Shown here one piece after another: positions 58,825 to 64,000 of a stretch of 64,000 nucleotides of DNA (positions within the stretch are counted from its first letter, which is position 1; each line of letters starts with the position of its first letter). Position numbers and translations under genes: made by a program. Location of the stretch: contig VJWM01000309.1 of the NCBI GenBank assembly GCA_010909165.1, positions 1 to 64,000 on the forward strand. Reading direction: 5' to 3'. This stretch comes from Anthoceros angustus (Eukaryota; Plantae; Anthocerotophyta). The notes beneath the pieces are model-generated. The model was not told the DNA's origin. It saw only the letters and a program-made list of their open reading frames with translations, and searched no databases.

Positions 58825-59868
58825 CTCCTACAGCCTTAATACCTCACCTCCACGCGCATTGCCAGTCTCCAAGAAACTTCTCCTTCTCCTTCTCCTTCAC
58901 CCCAGCTCCCATCTCTCCTATCCTCCGTCCTTCCATCCAGCTGCACCTCCACCGATGCTCTCCCAAGAACCACACACAGCCCTACTTACTCCACAACGGT
59001 GCTAACAACACACACAATTCTGAAGCCTTTACAAGACACTCCACGCCAATGCAACGCAACACTCAATTCCGAGCTCGGCAAAAACCCAGCAAGAAAAAAT
59101 CACTAAGTCACTGACTGCCTGGCTGGTGATCTACCTAATGCCTAGCCCAGGCTTGTCTTCTTCTTCTTCTCGTTAGAGGGCACACGGATCTGGAGTGACC
59201 GCCTCCAAAGGCGGGATCCGCCGAGCCAATTTTGAACGAGAGGCCGGTATTCTAGGGCATCCTGGCGTTACGGCCCCGCCACGCGTGCCCCCCTGGCCAC
59301 ATGCTGTTCCTTGAATGCCTCGGGCTTTTGGTTGCGTTCACATGCCTCTCATGTCCAGACACGAGCTTCGGCTAACACAGCCTGATCTTGTTTTGCAGGA
59401 ACCTAAACTTGATTATGGGTCAGCAAATGCCAAATTAATGGTTCTCACTTTCTCAAAGAGCCAGAACAAAATGAAGACTGTTTGGCAGGAGTCTCCTCTG
59501 AGCTCCTGTTACAGACTTACAGTACCGGGATCTGAGTGGTATTACAGTTCAGGGATTCTGGCACCCAGAACACATAGTGACATCCATATATGGAATTCCA
59601 AGGAACAGTCCAATTTGGATTATGGATATGAAAAGCCTGAGGTGGCAAGTCAAGGTCTCTGGAACTCTGACATGGCAACCGTATATTGGGCACGAGCTGT
59701 GACTCCAGCGCAAGCTGATGAACAAAAACCCGCACTCAATCAGCCGGAAGAAGGATGTCCAAATGGAAATCAGCATCCTGCAGCCTGGAAATAGAGCTGT
59801 TGGAAGACCCCGTCACAACTGGATGACCTTCCTCCATCATATGTGAAGCAAGCGTATATCGGGAGGCT

Positions 59869-61641
59869 TCAGTTGGGAATTCTGTCCTTCAGGTACTGCA
59901 AAAGAGCTTTGGTTCCACGCTCCAGGAGAGGGCGGCGGATGGTACGGAGGGGGTTCCCTTCAACCTTCAAGCTGCGGAGGGATGACTCCAGCAAACCCAG
60001 CTTCGGAGGCAGGACAGAGATGTTGTTGTCTGCCAGGTTCAGCTCCTCCAGCTGGGTCAACTCAGCGAGACCTTCGATGACGACTGAGATGGAGTTTTGG
60101 CTTAAGTCCAGGACTCGCAGGTTAGTCAAGAGGTGCACATCAGCTGGTATATCCTGTAGCTGCATTCGCTGGAGTCTGAGTTCCTTGAGGTCAGGCATCT
60201 GTGAGAGAGATGGGGGAGGTGGGAGAGGAGCCTTGATGCCACTCAGATCCAGTATGTGCAGCTTGGAGACGTCTGCAAACGCACCCTGAGGAAACTGAAG
60301 CAGTGGATTGCGTGCCAGCACCAAATGACGAAGGTTAGGCAATGACGACAAAACAGAACCTGGCCACTCTTGGATCCTGTTGTCAGCCAAGAGAAGAGTT
60401 GTGAGAGTGGAGCAGCTTTGGACCTCGGCAGGGAGCTGCTGGATGTTGTTCTTGCACAGATCCACTGTAGTGACTACATCCCCTGTCCAAACTTCGGCAG
60501 GAACAGCATCTAGCTTCAACCCTGAGAGTGACAAGACCTTGGATGAGACCGCCTGCCTGGCCGCCATGACCACTACCTCCTGTACATCTGCCCCAAAAAC
60601 ATTGCCAGAAGCAGCAGCTGGAGTGCTGGCCTCCTCTGGCACCGGCAACCTGCTTCTCAGGAACTTGAGCAACGAAGGTGTTGATCCAGAGACCATAGAG
60701 CTTCGAAGAGACCGTAATGGATTCCCTATAAGCACCAGCTTCCGTAAGGTTGTCATGTTCCCAAGTTCTGCTGGCAAACCTGCCAAGTTGTTGTTGGACA
60801 AGTCCAGAACTGACAGACGCAGGGAGCAAGCCTCCACGGGAAACACTGTGAGCTGGTTGCCATGCAAGTCAAGTGTGGCCAAAGCTTTCAGACATCCTAT
60901 CTCCGGCGGGAGAGACGAAACACGATTCAGGCCAAGGGACAGTTCAGCAAGAGAAGCACAACCAGAAATTGCAGGAGACAGAACTGAGATGCGGTTCTGA
61001 TGAAGATCCAGCCGGATCAAACGGACGAGTACTTCCAGCCCTGAAGGCATCTCCGTCAAACAATTCTTTGCAGCATTGAGCTCTGTGAGAATAGGGAAGC
61101 ACCCAACATCCAGCAGCTTCACAAGCTTATTCCCCTCAGTCTCCAGCACTGCCAAGCGAGAGCAGCGCGCTAGTTCCTCTGGCAAGGTGATGAGTCGGTT
61201 ATTCGATATCCTAAGATCAACCAGAGCCCCGCAGTTGCCGATGGTAGCAGGAAGGTTCTCTAACAGGTTGTTGGAACACTGCAACTTGACAAGTGCCGAC
61301 AGACACCCTATCTCGTCAGGAAGCTGAACCAGGAGATTACCAGACACATCAATTGACTTCAGCAGAATCAGACTGCCAATTGAAGAAGGCAGGCTTGCCA
61401 GCTTATTGTAGCTGAGATTCAGAAGGGTCAAGGATGTCAGGGATCCAATCTCGTCCGACAGAACCTTTATACTGTTGTGCGCAAGAATCAGTTTCTGCAA
61501 CTCCACCATCTCCCACCACTTCTCATCTGAGCCAGGTGCAGTCTCGATCGGGATGTACAGTTGAGGAGGCACCTCTGTCAAAGCCCTGTTGGACAGATTG
61601 AGAGAGCCTGACGCTCGTGCTGCCTTCAGCAGCTTCTCCAT
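59869..61641 (-). CDS. Intracellular LRR protein (LRRC40 / At3g15410-like, PIRL-related)
   Basis: MEKLLKAARASGSLNLSNR..EKWWE..LQKLILAHN; two LRR blocks separated by GNPLRSLRSS..LLKFLRSRL; ends GNPLRTIRRPLLERGTKALLQYLKDRI. Intronless, 590 aa. Confidence 0.92.
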   Translation of the reverse strand: MEKLLKAARASGSLNLSNRALTEVPPQLYIPIETAPGSDEKWWEMVELQKLILAHNSIKVLSDEIGSLTSLTLLNLSYNKLASLPSSIGSLILLKSIDVSGNLLVQLPDEIGCLSALVKLQCSNNLLENLPATIGNCGALVDLRISNNRLITLPEELARCSRLAVLETEGNKLVKLLDVGCFPILTELNAAKNCLTEMPSGLEVLVRLIRLDLHQNRISVLSPAISGCASLAELSLGLNRVSSLPPEIGCLKALATLDLHGNQLTVFPVEACSLRLSVLDLSNNNLAGLPAELGNMTTLRKLVLIGNPLRSLRSSMVSGSTPSLLKFLRSRLPVPEEASTPAAASGNVFGADVQEVVVMAARQAVSSKVLSLSGLKLDAVPAEVWTGDVVTTVDLCKNNIQQLPAEVQSCSTLTTLLLADNRIQEWPGSVLSSLPNLRHLVLARNPLLQFPQGAFADVSKLHILDLSGIKAPLPPPPSLSQMPDLKELRLQRMQLQDIPADVHLLTNLRVLDLSQNSISVVIEGLAELTQLEELNLADNNISVLPPKLGLLESSLRSLKVEGNPLRTIRRPLLERGTKALLQYLKDRIPN

Positions 61642-63047
61642 TGTGGGAAGCTACTCAGAACCAGCTAGCTATTCCATGCCACAATCCTCTGAGAATGAGC
61701 AAATTTCGAATGAAAAGAAGCAGCACCGTCGTCCATTAAACAGCACGCAGTGAGGAATGTTGTAAAGCCATCTCGTATCCATATATGTGAGAAGAGCAAT
61801 GTCCTGCATACATCTGACTGCGAGCAGAAACAATGGCCCCGTCAGGAATGTGAAATGAATGAATGCTCCACATCACGGTTCCCCGATCTCCTCCAGATTC
61901 TATTGTGAATGTTAGATCATATCTCAGAACAAACGAGACCAGCTTCTAGAAACTGTCATGGAGCAGAAAGCCAGTGGACAGAAAAGCGTAGCAGACCTTG
62001 GAGGATCACAACAGCTTCTCTGTTCCTGGAGAGAAAGCAGCCCTCGATCTGACGAGAGCGATGGGAGCTCCAACCACCTCCACAAGCTCCTCCTCCTCTC
62101 TGAAGCAGTTGGTCGAGACTGAGGGCTCACACGTGGGCCAGGATAACAGGACGCGAATGGCTCCGGTGAACACGGGAGCAAATGGTGGTGAGTTTTTTAG
62201 GTCAGGCAGCGGCTGTCGAGCGATTCTCCCACTGACACGCTACAGGTGGGGATCGAGAGAGACAGATTGTGCTGCGGACCCTGAGCAAAGTACAGATAAT
62301 ATTTTGTGTGTGTCAATGATGTAAATTTGGTGTACACATGTCTGCTACACTATCCACAAAAGACTTCCAGCAGCAGTTGTGGTCCCGAAGACTGGCACAG
62401 ATGTGCCCGTCTGTTCAGCTTGCTGTTTCTGCAGTTGAGAGTTGCGCTGATGAAGGCTGGTGCGTTTGCTGTGCAGTCTTCAAGCCCGCTAGGGAGAAGT
62501 TCAATGCAAGGGGGCTATGTGGGGGCCCTGCATACTGCATCTCTTGCAAGGGCATGGAGGATTGGAGGGATTGACACCTTCCAGAGCACACGCATTGGGC
62601 GAGGGCGGAGCAGGAAAAGGGCTGATTGCGGAGCAAGTCTACAGGGCCTGAATTACCAGTTTTTCTGCTGCCTTTCCTCGAGCAGAGGTGCAACAATTCT
62701 GCTGCCGCTTGCAAACAGTTCTTTGTGCTGCAAAATCCATAGGCAGATTGGTTTGGAGGACGAGGGATTTTGCAAGCATGTTTCTGCTGGTGGTGGGAAG
62801 ACGAAGAGAGTTGTGTTGGGGTTGATGGTCCATCCACTGGCATGGACCGGGAGGTGTCCTGCACCTGTGCCATGTCGTCCTGACATTGCGTGTAGTTGCG
62901 CTTCACAGTCCATGATGCAGTCCTCCCCCCCGGAATCAACTGGTGACGAGGTCTTTATTGGGGGCATTTTTCTGTGGTGGAATCGAGTCTTGTGCCTTGT
63001 GAGAGAGAGTTATGATGATGTCTGATGACAGTTTTAGTGGGGTGCAG

Positions 63048-64000
63048 ATGGAGGCAGCATCTAGCAGAGGTTACTCTGTTGAGGAGGCAATTGAGGCTGT
63101 TGGGTTTGGCCGTTACCAGAAGTACTTGCTGGCTTATGCTGGGATGGCATGGGCAGCTGAAGCAATGGAGATGATGCTGTTGTCTTTTGCTGGACCAGCT
63201 GTTCAGCAGATGTGGAATTTGTCAACTCGGGAGGAGAGTATTATCTCGAGTGTCGTTTTTGCTGGCATGATTATCGGAGCTTACTCTTGGGGCATATTAT
63301 CGGACCTGAAAGGCAGGAGGTGTTCCTTTTTCCGTTTGGTTTCTTTCCCATTGCTGTGTATGGTTGACACCATGGTCTCAAATGTACTGGGGTTTGTCTA
63401 ATCTGATGTCTCACTTATCTGCAGGTTCGGGTTTTTTGCAACAGCTGTTCTTACCTTCATTGCAGGCATCCTCAGCGCATTTTCCCCAAATTATTACGTG
63501 TTGCTACTTCTGAGGGGTGTGGTCGGCGTTGGGCTGGGAGGGGGCCCCGTTTTATCTTCTTGGTTTATGGAGTTCGTTCCTTCTCCAAAACGAGGGTTCT
63601 GGATGGTGGTGATCTTTTTCTTTTGGACATTAGGGTCAGTTGCAGAGGCCTCTCTCGCTTGGGTAAGTATGACAGACACCTGCTGACTTTCTCAAGTATT
63701 GGCTGGTTGACATCTTTGCAGCTGTTGCATCTCTGATCCATATGGTGTTCGTATGAATGAGGCTCAATTGAGGATTTTTGCCAACTGTGTGCTTTTGGGG
63801 TGTGCAGTGTGTGATGCCTACCTTAGGATGGCGATGGCTGCTGGGACTATCTGCTGCACCACTGGGCGTCCTTCTTTTCTTTTATTCACGAGTACCAGAG
63901 TCTCCACGATATCTAGCGGCAAAAGGTGACATAGAGGGAGCTGAAAGAGTTTTCCAGTCTATGAGTCGAGTAAACGGCAAGTCACTTCCACCAGGGAAAC
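63048..64000 (+). CDS. MFS organic cation/carnitine transporter 7-like (SVOP-type), running off the window end
   Basis: [40 protein letters not shown]; [23 protein letters not shown]; LGWRWLL..PESPRYL. An upstream exon may exist. Confidence 0.92.

Noticed and set aside
59315-59794. 159-aa ORF and the 239-aa ORF at 62306-63025
   Set aside because: No motifs. They lie in the probable 3' region of the LRR gene and the upstream or intronic region of the transporter.

Overview
This is eukaryotic nuclear DNA from a land plant with a compact genome: short GT-AG introns of about 80-140 bp and genes about 1-3 kb apart. It is most likely a seed-free plant such as a hornwort; this is an inference from a WW-type PG box in the PPR gene and from the gene density. 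Host genes, in order: a PLS-class PPR editing-factor-like gene (E+, no DYW), an F-box gene, an LRR receptor-like protein, an OSCA/ERD4 channel, chloroplast ATP synthase delta, three intronless multi-RING-H2 genes, a nepenthesin-like aspartic protease, a C-terminally truncated TRM5-like gene, a neprosin-family gene, ELP6, a root-cap/LEA-related gene, a transglutaminase-like (SirB1-type) gene, a DnaJ-type zinc-finger gene, an LRRC40/PIRL-like gene and the start of an OCT7/SVOP-type transporter. The block at about 36.1-45.3 kb is a nest of mobile elements: an RTE-X-like LINE, a Ty1/copia pol, an AT-rich thymidine kinase relic, a chromovirus fragment and a SINE-like element. The most notable observations are: (1) a head-to-head pair of tRNA-modification genes, TRM5-like and ELP6, with only about 82 bp between start codons, duplicated locally with reciprocal loss; (2) a copia element carrying an antisense, intron-containing gene for an AT-hook protein; (3) a foreign-looking thymidine kinase pseudogene; (4) a LINE and short elements sharing one 3' end and (TTC)n tail; (5) a cluster of 1-, 3- and 2-RING genes; (6) two secreted proteases with altered catalytic motifs. 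Family assignments come from recognised motifs and hand-spliced translation, not from database searches.
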